Shown piece after piece: positions 1 through 7,284 of a stretch of DNA of 33,560 nucleotides. The translations under genes and the position numbers were made by a program. Origin of the DNA: Patescibacteria group bacterium (GTDB lineage Bacteria; Patescibacteriota; Minisyncoccia; Phycocordibacterales; UBA9973); the NCBI GenBank assembly GCA_018813625.1, contig JAHJBA010000057.1, positions 1 to 33,560 of the forward strand, written 5' to 3'. Under the pieces are notes generated by a model. The model had not been told where the DNA came from. It ran no database searches and worked only from the letters and a program-made list of their open reading frames with translations. Every line of letters starts with the position of its first letter. Position 1 is the stretch's first letter.

Positions 1-333
1 CAAGCAGGATATTCGAACGCAACCGGCTCGGGGAATGTCTTTCTTGGGAGTCAGGCAGGATATTATGAAACAGGTTCTAATAAATTATTTATAGATAATC
101 AAGATAGAACAGACGAAGCTACTGCCAGAACTAATTCTTTGATTTATGGAATCTTTGATGCTACTCCAGCTAACCAAAAACTTACAATAAATGGTATGTT
201 AAATGTTTCCGTTTTACCTGCTTATGATGATGATGCTGGTGCTGGTGGTGGCGGATTAACAACTGGAGATTTTTATCAAACTACTGGATTAGGAGCGATA
301 GCAACGGCCGGAGTTGTAATGGTAAAACAATAA
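1..333 (+). CDS. 3' end of an ORF entering from upstream (frame 1 open from nt 1, stop TAA 331-333); Gly/Ala-rich repeat protein C-terminus resembling tail-fibre or surface-adhesin repeat proteins
   Basis: Frame 1 translates without stops as QAGYSNATGSGNVFLGSQAGYYETGSNKLFIDNQ...LIYGIFDA...LTINGMLNV. The G-x-QAGY / TGS-x-N-x-F / SNKLxIDN / LIYGxF pattern recalls repeat-type tail-fibre-like proteins. The track ORF 139..333 is only its TTG-initiated tail. Confidence 0.5.
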   Translation, partial: QAGYSNATGSGNVFLGSQAGYYETGSNKLFIDNQDRTDEATARTNSLIYGIFDATPANQKLTINGMLNVSVLPAYDDDAGAGGGGLTTGDFYQTTGLGAIATAGVVMVKQ

Positions 334-390
334 CTTTTTAAGTTTTCTAAAAATTTGCAATTTTCTCAAGCTTATAGTAAATTATAAGTC

Positions 391-813
391 GTGCCTACGA
401 TTAACCAATTAGTTAAAAAGAATAGAAAAACAACCCGCAAGAAGTCAAAGGCGGTTGCTTTGGCTCGTGGTTTTAATGTTTTAAAAAATAAACCAGTACA
501 TTTTCCTGCGCCATTCAAGCGTGGAGTGTGCACAAAAGTTACTACAACTACTCCAAAGAAGCCCAATTCTGCTCTTCGAAAGATTGCGAGAGTGCGTTTG
601 ACTAATGGCATGGAAGTGACAGCCTATATTCCAGGAGAAGGACATAACTTACAGGAACACTCAGTTGTTATGCTTCGTGGAGGACGCGTGAAAGATTTAA
701 TCGGAGTAAGATATCATATTGTTCGCGGAGTTTTGGATACGCAAGGAGTTGAAAAGCGTAGACAAGGCAGATCACTTTATGGAAACAAGAAACCAAAGAC
801 TGATAAAAAATAA
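391..813 (+). CDS. rpsL: 30S ribosomal protein S12
   Basis: GTG start; [10 protein letters not shown]..., [10 protein letters not shown] motif; first gene of the str operon order. Confidence 0.97.
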   Translation: MPTINQLVKKNRKTTRKKSKAVALARGFNVLKNKPVHFPAPFKRGVCTKVTTTTPKKPNSALRKIARVRLTNGMEVTAYIPGEGHNLQEHSVVMLRGGRVKDLIGVRYHIVRGVLDTQGVEKRRQGRSLYGNKKPKTDKK

Positions 814-824
814 TTTTAAATAAT

Positions 825-1295
825 ATGCGAAGAAAAGTAAAAAACAGAAATATAGTTGAACCAGATTTTATGTACAACTCTCAAAAGTTGGAGAAATTTA
901 TTAATTACATTATGTGGTCTGGAAAAAAAGAAACCTCCAGAAAAATAATGTATCAAGCTTTTGATGTGATAAAGGAAAAAACAGGCAACCCAAATCCGCT
1001 TGAGATTTTTGATTTGGCTATGAAAAATGCTGGACCATTAACTGAGGTTAGGTCAAAAAGAATTGGGGGAGCAAACTATCAGGTGCCTCGCGAAGTTCGA
1101 CCAGAGAGAAGACTTGCTTTGGCTATGCGCTGGATCAGGGATGCGGCTCGTGCCAAAAAAGGACAACCGATGCATTTAAAGCTTGCTGAAGAATTAATTT
1201 TAGCTTCAAAGAACGAAGGTGCAGCCATTAAGAAGAAAGAAGATACGCACAAAATGGCTGAAGCGAACAAGGCATTTGCTCATTTCGCTTGGTAA
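825..1295 (+). CDS. rpsG: 30S ribosomal protein S7
   Basis: 156 aa, GGANYQVPREVRPERR motif; follows rpsL. Confidence 0.97.
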   Translation: MRRKVKNRNIVEPDFMYNSQKLEKFINYIMWSGKKETSRKIMYQAFDVIKEKTGNPNPLEIFDLAMKNAGPLTEVRSKRIGGANYQVPREVRPERRLALAMRWIRDAARAKKGQPMHLKLAEELILASKNEGAAIKKKEDTHKMAEANKAFAHFAW

Positions 1296-1346
1296 TTTTT
1301 ACTTTGTAAAAATTATCCTGAGCTAGTCGAAGGATATAAAGTTTTC

Positions 1347-1371
1347 AAGATCCCTGAAAAGGGATTTTTTG
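1347..1371 (+). terminator. Putative rho-independent terminator after rpsG
   Basis: AAGATCCC-tgaaaa-GGGATTTTTT hairpin followed by a T-run. Confidence 0.5.
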
Positions 1372-1400
1372 TTGACATGGGAATGTGAAAAGTATATAAA
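1372..1400 (+). promoter_or_regulatory. Sigma70-like promoter for the orphan ORF 1439..1780
   Basis: TTGACA (1372-1377), 17-nt spacer, TATAAA (1395-1400). Confidence 0.55.
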
Positions 1401-1438
1401 TAAAGTAGAGAAAATAGTACAAAACTAAATTTGTTGCC

Positions 1439-1780
1439 ATGGAAGAAAAAATGAGAGATGTAGAAACCATTGCTGAAGAACTGAGGCAGATGAATGGAGA
1501 CATTGGACTTGTTTCTAGGAAAATTGAGCTTTGCTTTGAATTGATGACATCTTATTGTCAGAAAAAAAAGGGAAAAAGGTTTTGGTTTCTTTCATGGGGA
1601 TATTTTATAGAAAGGAGCCATTGCGTTTATGCTGCCAAGGTTTTGGGCAATATGCAACACAAAGACTTGGCTCTTGGAAAAAGAGCTTTAAAGTTCACGG
1701 AGGAATTTGAAAAAGAACTTCCTTCAAAGGTCACAAAGAACTTATTCTTTGTAGCTCACAAAATGAACAAGCCAAACTAA
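1439..1780 (+). CDS. Hypothetical protein (113 aa) inserted between rpsG and fusA
   Basis: Intact ORF with its own promoter and terminator; no family recognised from the sequence. Confidence 0.5.
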   Translation: MEEKMRDVETIAEELRQMNGDIGLVSRKIELCFELMTSYCQKKKGKRFWFLSWGYFIERSHCVYAAKVLGNMQHKDLALGKRALKFTEEFEKELPSKVTKNLFFVAHKMNKPN

Positions 1781-1803
1781 ACCGCCCTTGAGCGGTTTTT
1801 TTA
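1780..1803 (+). terminator. Rho-independent terminator
   Basis: AACCGC-ccttga-GCGGTT followed by TTTTTTATTT. Confidence 0.7.
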
Positions 1804-1806
1804 TTT

Positions 1807-1873
1807 GTCCAGATAGCAGGTTTAATAAAGTTTAAAGGTGCGCTTTGCGCATTATTAAAATTCACTACGGGGT
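1807..1873. repeat. Family C palindromic element, copy C1 (degenerate left arm)
   Basis: The right arm ATTATTAAAATTCACTACGGGG and the apical GCGCTTTGCGC match copies C2-C4. The left arm is only partly complementary. Confidence 0.55.
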
Positions 1874-1900
1874 TTGCAAAAAAAAAGTTTATGTTATATA
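1873..1900 (+). promoter_or_regulatory. Putative promoter of fusA (extended -10)
   Basis: TTTGCA (1873-1878), 16-nt spacer, TGtTATATA (TG 1892-1893, hexamer 1895-1900), directly after element C1. Confidence 0.45.
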
Positions 1901-1956
1901 GTCTTCATAGCGCACTAGGCGCTTTTTATCATTAAATTTGTTTTTAGATATTTTAT

Positions 1957-4104
1957 ATGGAAAGAGATTATCCGTTAGAAAAAGTTAGGAACATTGGAAT
2001 TATCGCACACATTGATGCGGGCAAAACAACGACTACTGAGCGTGTTTTGTTTTATACTGGAGTTTCACACAAAATAGGTGAAGTGCATGAGGGCGAAACT
2101 GTCACCGATTGGATGGAACAAGAAAGAGAAAGAGGAATTACTATTACCTCTGCTGCAGTTACCTGCTTCTGGACTCCGACTTATGCCAATAATGACAAAA
2201 GCAAGAAACATCGTTTTAATATTATTGACACGCCGGGGCATATTGATTTTACCGTAGAAGTAAAAAGATCTCTTCGCGTGCTTGATGGCGCTGTTGTAGT
2301 TTTTGATGGAGTAGCAGGAGTAGAACCTCAATCTGAAACAAATTGGCGTTATGCTGATGAAGCGAAGGTCCCACGTATTTGTTTTATAAATAAATTGGAT
2401 AGAACAGGTGCTTCCTTTGAACGTTCTTATGCAACGATTTTAGATCGTCTTACTAAAAAAGCTGTTCGAATGCAGATACCTATTGGTCTTGAAGAAAAAC
2501 ATGAAGGTGTTGTGGATCTTTTAAAAATGAAGGCCTATTACTTTGAAGGAGAGATGGGCAATCAGGTTATTGAAAAGGAAATTCCAGAAGAAATGAAGGC
2601 AGATGCTGAAAAGTATCGCAATGAATTAATAGAAAAAATTGTGGAACAGGACGATGCAGTCATGAATGATTATTTTGAAGGCAAAATTCCGGAGATTGAT
2701 GTTTTGAAAAAACTTTTGAGACAGGGAGTTATTGCTAATGAAATCTTTCCAGTCTATGCTGGTTCTGCTTTGAAAAATAAAGGTGTTCAATTGGTGCTTG
2801 ACGGAGTAGTCGACTATCTTCCTTCTCCGCTTGATATTCCACCAATGGAAGGAATCGATCCAAATAATGAAGAACATGTAGAAAGAAAAGCCTCAGATTC
2901 TGAACCATTTGCCGCTCTCGCCTTTAAGGTTGCGACTGATCCATTTGTGGGCCAGCTCATTTTCTTTAGAGTTTATTCCGGAACACTTGCTTCTGGGTCT
3001 TATGTTTATAATCCAAGGACTAGAAACAAAGAACGTATTGGTAGAATTTTACGCATGCACGCAAACGATAGAGAAGAGGTGAAGAAAGTTTTTGCTGGGG
3101 AAATTGCCGCTGCGGTTGGGCTTAAAGATACTATTACCTCGGACACAATTTGTGACGAAGAACATCCGATTGAATTGGATAGAATTATTTTTCCAGAACC
3201 AGTTATTTCTCTTCGCATAGAACCAAAAACCAAAGCTGATCAAGAAAAAATGGGCATGGCATTAAATAGGCTTGCTCAAGAAGATCCGACTTTTAAAGTT
3301 AGCACAGACCAAGAAACAGGAGAGACAATTATTTCTGGTATGGGAGAACTTCACTTAGAAATTATTGTTGATCGCATGAAAAGAGAATTTAGCGTTGAGG
3401 CAAATGTGGGCAAGCCACAAGTTGCTTATCGCGAAACGATTACTGGAAATTCAGAAGCAGAAGGTAAGTATATCAAGCAGTCTGGCGGGCGTGGTAATTA
3501 CGGCCATGTGAAGATAAAGGTAAAACCAATGACCATTCTCACAAAAGAAGAGATAGAAGATTTGCCTAAAAACACAAAGCGCTCGGGTGGATTCGAGTTC
3601 ATAAACAACATCAAAGGGGGGGTTATTCCACAAGAATATATTCCTGCTTGTGAGAAGGGATTTAGGGAAGGTCTTGATCGTGGAGTTTTGGCAGGATTCA
3701 AAATGGTAAATGTTTCAGTTGATCTTTGGGATGGAAGTTACCATGAAGTAGACTCAAACGAAATGGCTTTTAAAATTGCAGCTTCTATGGCAATTCAAGA
3801 TGCTTGTAAAAGAGCGAATCCAGTTATTTTAGAACCAATGATGAAGGTTGAAGTTGTCACTCCGGATAAGTTCATGGGAGATGTTACAGGTAATCTTTCA
3901 TCAAAACGTGGAATTATTGAAGGAATGGAAGAGCGCGGAATGAATAAAGTTATTAAAGCCATTGTGCCATTATCTGAAATGTTTGGTTACATGACTGGTC
4001 TTCGTTCCATGACTGAAGGAAGAGCATCATTCACTATGGAATTCATTCGTTACGATATTGTGCCAAACAATGTGGCAGAAACCATCATTGCTGCACGAAA
4101 GTAG
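1957..4104 (+). CDS. fusA: Elongation factor G
   Basis: 715 aa; [23 protein letters not shown] and NKLDR GTPase motifs. Confidence 0.97.
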   Translation: MERDYPLEKVRNIGIIAHIDAGKTTTTERVLFYTGVSHKIGEVHEGETVTDWMEQERERGITITSAAVTCFWTPTYANNDKSKKHRFNIIDTPGHIDFTVEVKRSLRVLDGAVVVFDGVAGVEPQSETNWRYADEAKVPRICFINKLDRTGASFERSYATILDRLTKKAVRMQIPIGLEEKHEGVVDLLKMKAYYFEGEMGNQVIEKEIPEEMKADAEKYRNELIEKIVEQDDAVMNDYFEGKIPEIDVLKKLLRQGVIANEIFPVYAGSALKNKGVQLVLDGVVDYLPSPLDIPPMEGIDPNNEEHVERKASDSEPFAALAFKVATDPFVGQLIFFRVYSGTLASGSYVYNPRTRNKERIGRILRMHANDREEVKKVFAGEIAAAVGLKDTITSDTICDEEHPIELDRIIFPEPVISLRIEPKTKADQEKMGMALNRLAQEDPTFKVSTDQETGETIISGMGELHLEIIVDRMKREFSVEANVGKPQVAYRETITGNSEAEGKYIKQSGGRGNYGHVKIKVKPMTILTKEEIEDLPKNTKRSGGFEFINNIKGGVIPQEYIPACEKGFREGLDRGVLAGFKMVNVSVDLWDGSYHEVDSNEMAFKIAASMAIQDACKRANPVILEPMMKVEVVTPDKFMGDVTGNLSSKRGIIEGMEERGMNKVIKAIVPLSEMFGYMTGLRSMTEGRASFTMEFIRYDIVPNNVAETIIAARK

Positions 4105-4124
4105 ATCTCAATTTTATTTTATAT

Positions 4125-4151
4125 TTGACAGACCTGCTTTTAAAATATAAG
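4125..4151 (+). promoter_or_regulatory. Possible promoter for ORF 4177..4419
   Basis: TTGACA (4125-4130) and TATAAG (4146-4151), but the spacer is only 15 nt. Confidence 0.3.
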
Positions 4152-4176
4152 CTGAATTTAAACTTGAACAAAAAAT

Positions 4177-4419
4177 ATGGAAAAGATGGAAAATAAAGAA
4201 AATTTCTTTATCGACCAAAGTAAAATAAATGAAGAGGAAAAATATGTAAGCGTGCCCGTTAATTACCCTGAATATTATGATAGAGATGATGTAGTATGGT
4301 TTTGGAATAAGGTTGAGGATGAATTGAAGAAAAAATATCCAGATATTAATTTTTCAGGAATATCAGAGGGAAAATCTGGGGAAGATGGGAAAGAAGAATT
4401 TTTGTTTTACTTTGAATAA
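4177..4419 (+). CDS. Hypothetical acidic protein (80 aa) inserted between fusA and tuf
   Basis: Intact ORF followed by a hairpin terminator; no family recognised. Confidence 0.45.
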   Translation: MEKMENKENFFIDQSKINEEEKYVSVPVNYPEYYDRDDVVWFWNKVEDELKKKYPDINFSGISEGKSGEDGKEEFLFYFE

Positions 4420-4455
4420 AGCCTTTTGTTTTGACAACACGAGGCTTTTTTTATT
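4419..4455 (+). terminator. Putative rho-independent terminator
   Basis: AGCCTTTTGTT-ttgac-AACACGAGGCT hairpin followed by TTTTTTTATTT. Confidence 0.55.
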
Positions 4456-4457
4456 TG

Positions 4458-4525
4458 ATCCCGTAGTAGATTTTGATGATGCCCTTAAGGCGCGCTTTGC
4501 GCTTCATCAAAATTCACTACCGGAT
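4458..4525. repeat. Family C palindromic element, copy C2
   Basis: ATCCCGTAGTAGATTTTGATGA ... GCGCGCTTTGCGC ... TCATCAAAATTCACTACCGGAT. About 22-bp arms, preceded by TTGAT; the last T begins the TTGACA -35 box. Confidence 0.85.
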
Positions 4526-4552
4526 TGACATTGTTTTCTAATTTGCTATTAT
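4525..4552 (+). promoter_or_regulatory. Sigma70-like promoter upstream of tuf
   Basis: TTGACA (4525-4530), 16-nt spacer, TATTAT (4547-4552). Confidence 0.6.
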
Positions 4553-4741
4553 CTTAGGTAACTGCACTTTCGGCAGTTTTTCTATTGCTAATTTATTAAT
4601 TTTAGTAATATTAAATTATTAACAATAATCCCGACGTAAAATCGGGACTCCGATCTAAAGGGTCGGAGTTTAGTTAAATTAGTAATTAAGCCTTAGCGAC
4701 TGGTTCTCGTACGTTAAGTTTTAATTATTAAAAATAAAAAT

Positions 4742-5935
4742 ATGGCAGAAGAATTTAAAAGAGATAAGCCACACGTAAACGTTGGCACCATCGGTCACGT
4801 TGACCATGGAAAGACTACATTAACAGCTGCAATTTTGCATGTTCTTAATTTGGCTGGGAATCAGGTAAGGCTTCGCGATGTTAATCAGATTGACAATGCT
4901 CCTGAAGAAAAGGCTCGTGGAATTACTATAAATATTTCACACAACGAGTATGAGACTGCGACTCGTCACTATGCTCACATCGATGCTCCAGGACACGCTG
5001 ACTATATTAAAAACATGATTACCGGTGCCGCTCAAATGGACGGTGCTATTTTAGTGGTTGCCGCAACGGACGGAGCTATGCCTCAGACACGCGAACACGT
5101 TCTCCTTGCAAAACAGGTTGGTGTTCCAAAAATAATCGTATTTCTAAACAAGTGCGATATGGTTGACGATAAGGAAATGATTGATATGGTTGAAGAAGAA
5201 ATTCGTGAACTTCTAACCAAGCAAGGATTTGATGGCGCAAATGCTCCTGTTATAAAGGGATCAGCGCTTAAGGGTCTTGAAGCAAAGGATGTTAACGACG
5301 AATGGGCAAAGAAAATTCTTGAACTTACAAATGCTTTAGATACATACATTCCAGTTCCAGAGAGAGATACATCTAAGCCTTTTTTGATGCCGGTTGAGGA
5401 TATTTTCTCAATTGAAGGCCGTGGCACAGTTGTAACCGGAAAAATCGAAAGAGGTATTGTAAAAGTTGGAGAAGAAATCGAAATTATCGGCATAAAGCCA
5501 ACTCAGAAGTCGGTAGTGACTGGTATTGAAATGTTCAACAAAAACTTACAAGAAGGTATGGCAGGAGACAATGCTGGTATTCTTCTTCGTGGACTAAAGA
5601 AAGAAGATATTACTCGTGGGCAAGTTCTTGCAAAGCCAGGAACAGTTACACCACATGATAATTTTACCTGTGAAGTTTATGTTTTGAAAAAAGAGGAAGG
5701 TGGGCGTCACACCCCATTCTTTAAGGGTTACAAGCCTCAATTCTATATCAGGACTACTGATGTTACGGGCGACGTTACTCTTGCAGATGGTGTAGAAATG
5801 GTTATGCCAGGAGATACGGCAAAACTTACCGTTAAGTTGGTTACTCCGGTTGCCCTTGAGGAATCGCAAAAATTTGCTATCCGCGAGGGAGGTAAGACCG
5901 TCGGGGCAGGAGTCGTTGTGAAGATTCTTGCTTAA
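4742..5935 (+). CDS. tuf: Elongation factor Tu
   Basis: 397 aa; [21 protein letters not shown] and NKCD motifs. Confidence 0.98.
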   Translation: MAEEFKRDKPHVNVGTIGHVDHGKTTLTAAILHVLNLAGNQVRLRDVNQIDNAPEEKARGITINISHNEYETATRHYAHIDAPGHADYIKNMITGAAQMDGAILVVAATDGAMPQTREHVLLAKQVGVPKIIVFLNKCDMVDDKEMIDMVEEEIRELLTKQGFDGANAPVIKGSALKGLEAKDVNDEWAKKILELTNALDTYIPVPERDTSKPFLMPVEDIFSIEGRGTVVTGKIERGIVKVGEEIEIIGIKPTQKSVVTGIEMFNKNLQEGMAGDNAGILLRGLKKEDITRGQVLAKPGTVTPHDNFTCEVYVLKKEEGGRHTPFFKGYKPQFYIRTTDVTGDVTLADGVEMVMPGDTAKLTVKLVTPVALEESQKFAIREGGKTVGAGVVVKILA

Positions 5936-5963
5936 TAAAATTAAAAACGCAATTTATTAGTTC

Positions 5964-6407
5964 ATGACAACATCAGAAACAAAAGTAAAAAAGCCGAAAG
6001 CGGTAAAAGCGACAAAAGCAACGAAGACAGTTAAAGCAGTCGCTAAAACGACCACTAAGGATTCCAAAGAGCCGAAAACAAAAAAGAAAAAAGAGGATGG
6101 GAAAGTGGTACTTCGCATCAGAGTTCGTGCCTACGAGAGCAAGATACTAGATGCGTCAGTCAAACAAATTATAGATACCGCAATGCGTTACGATGCCACT
6201 GTCGTTGGGCCGGTTCCTTTGCCAACGGAGATTAAGAAATATACGGTTAATCGTGCTTCTTTTATCTACAAAAATACACGAGAACAATTTGAAATAAGAG
6301 TACATAAAAGATTAATTGATATTATTAACCCGTCAGCAAAAACAGTTGAAGCGCTTACTAACCTTTCGCTTCCTTCGGGAGTTGATATTGACGTGAAGAT
6401 GCTGTAA
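5964..6407 (+). CDS. rpsJ: 30S ribosomal protein S10 with a ~45-aa Lys-rich N-terminal extension
   Basis: The C-terminal ~100 aa (LRIRVRAYESKILD...PLPT...) are canonical S10. The N-terminus is KKPKAVKATKATK...KTKKKK. Confidence 0.95.
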   Translation: MTTSETKVKKPKAVKATKATKTVKAVAKTTTKDSKEPKTKKKKEDGKVVLRIRVRAYESKILDASVKQIIDTAMRYDATVVGPVPLPTEIKKYTVNRASFIYKNTREQFEIRVHKRLIDIINPSAKTVEALTNLSLPSGVDIDVKML

Positions 6408-6414
6408 GAAGGAA

Positions 6415-6544
6415 ATGAATCCCGTTAGAAGCCGCGATCGCAATTTAAAAATAGATAAAAATATGAAATCAAATATAGAAAAAATTAATAACATAAAACA
6501 TCAGATATGCGAGTTGATCGCGATCTGCTTCTAAACAGGATGAA
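6415..6544 (+). repeat. Family A start-codon hairpin element, copy A1 (between rpsJ and rplC)
   Basis: ATGAA|TCCCGTTAGAAGCCGCGATCGC ...~75 nt A-rich... GATCGCGATCTGCTTCTAAACAGG|ATGAA. Long inverted repeat with a duplicated ATGAA. Confidence 0.85.
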
Positions 6545-7154
6545 ATTTATTCTTGGAACAAAAGAAAATATGATTGAGTATTTTTCTGAAGACGGTACAG
6601 TCATACCTGTAACGGCTGTTTTGGCTGGTCCAGTGACCGTGACCAGGGTGTTTGAAAAATCCAAGGATGGATATAATGCGGTGCAGGTTGGTTTTGGTGT
6701 TCAAAAAAAACACAGAATAAGCAAAGCAAGTATAGGCCAAATGAAAGGTGGTTTTTACAAAAATCTTAAGGAATTCAGACTAAAGCCCACCGATTCAACC
6801 GATTTCAAAGAAGGTGACATAATTGATGTCTCGGCTTTTTCCATTGGCGATAAATTGATAATTTCTGGTACTTCAAAAGGAAAAGGTTTTCAGGGAGTCG
6901 TTAAGCGACATGGCTTTGGTGGTGGTCCTAGAACGCACGGGCAGAAACATTCAGAAAGAGAACCTGGATCGATTGGTGGGGGACTAAGAACCCATGTTCC
7001 TAAAGGGATGAGGATGGCAGGTAGAATGGGACAGGATCGTATCACTCAGAAAAATTTGAAGGTTATTTTCACAGACAAGGAAAATAACATTATGTTAATT
7101 AAGGGTGCAGTACCTGGCAGGCGTGGCAGTTTGGTTGAAATAATAAGTAGATAG
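6540..7154 (+). CDS. rplC: 50S ribosomal protein L3
   Basis: MKFILGTKENM... is a canonical L3 N-terminus; KGKGFQGVVKRHGFGGGPRTHG motif. The track start at 6507 lies inside repeat A1. Confidence 0.93.
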   Translation: MKFILGTKENMIEYFSEDGTVIPVTAVLAGPVTVTRVFEKSKDGYNAVQVGFGVQKKHRISKASIGQMKGGFYKNLKEFRLKPTDSTDFKEGDIIDVSAFSIGDKLIISGTSKGKGFQGVVKRHGFGGGPRTHGQKHSEREPGSIGGGLRTHVPKGMRMAGRMGQDRITQKNLKVIFTDKENNIMLIKGAVPGRRGSLVEIISR

Positions 7155-7156
7155 AT

Positions 7157-7284
7157 ATGGATCCCGTTAGAAGTCGCGATCGCGATTATAATGGAAATAA
7201 AAACATGAAAGAAGATAATAAAACACAAAAAAATATTGAAACTTCCGAAAATACCAGATCGCGACCTACTTCTAACGGGATGGA
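7157..7284 (+). repeat. Family A element, copy A2 (between rplC and rplD)
   Basis: ATGGA|TCCCGTTAGAAGTCGCGATCGCG ... AGATCGCGACCTACTTCTAACGGG|ATGGA. 14-bp perfect outer stem plus a 7-bp CGCGATC/GATCGCG inner stem. Confidence 0.85.

Noticed and set aside
372-611. Antisense or shadow ORFs inside conserved genes. Examples: 372..611(-), 5083..5493(-), 8679..9050(-), 12535..12915(-), 14802..15233(-), 23175..23645(-), 32922..33410(-), 30037..30519(+), 18967..19155(+), 24966..25172(+).
   Set aside because: Each lies wholly within, or opposite, a strongly supported conserved CDS and has low-complexity or atypical composition. They are typical spurious ORFs of AT-rich DNA.
4458-4525. Hammerhead or C/D-box-like motifs suggested by TGATGA in family C arms.
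   Set aside because: TGATGA is simply part of the palindrome (mirrored as TCATCA). There is no complete hammerhead core (CUGAnGA...GAAA with three helices) and no C/D box pairing.
4553-4741. tRNA genes upstream of tuf, as in many bacteria.
   Set aside because: The hairpins do not assemble into a cloverleaf, and there are no D-loop or T-loop consensus sequences.
6507-6539. Track start of rplC at 6507 (MRVDRDLLLNR-MKFILG...).
   Set aside because: These 11 codons lie in the right arm of repeat A1 (GATCGCGATCTGCTTCTAAACAGG). MKFILG is the canonical L3 N-terminus and directly follows the repeat end.
6415-7284. Family A as invertible promoter switches (invertons) flanked by inverted repeats.
   Set aside because: This is not excluded but is disfavoured. 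The targets are essential ribosomal genes and ftsH. The elements are always co-oriented with the downstream gene and are flanked by direct ATGRA repeats. No clear promoter hexamers are conserved in the variable interiors.
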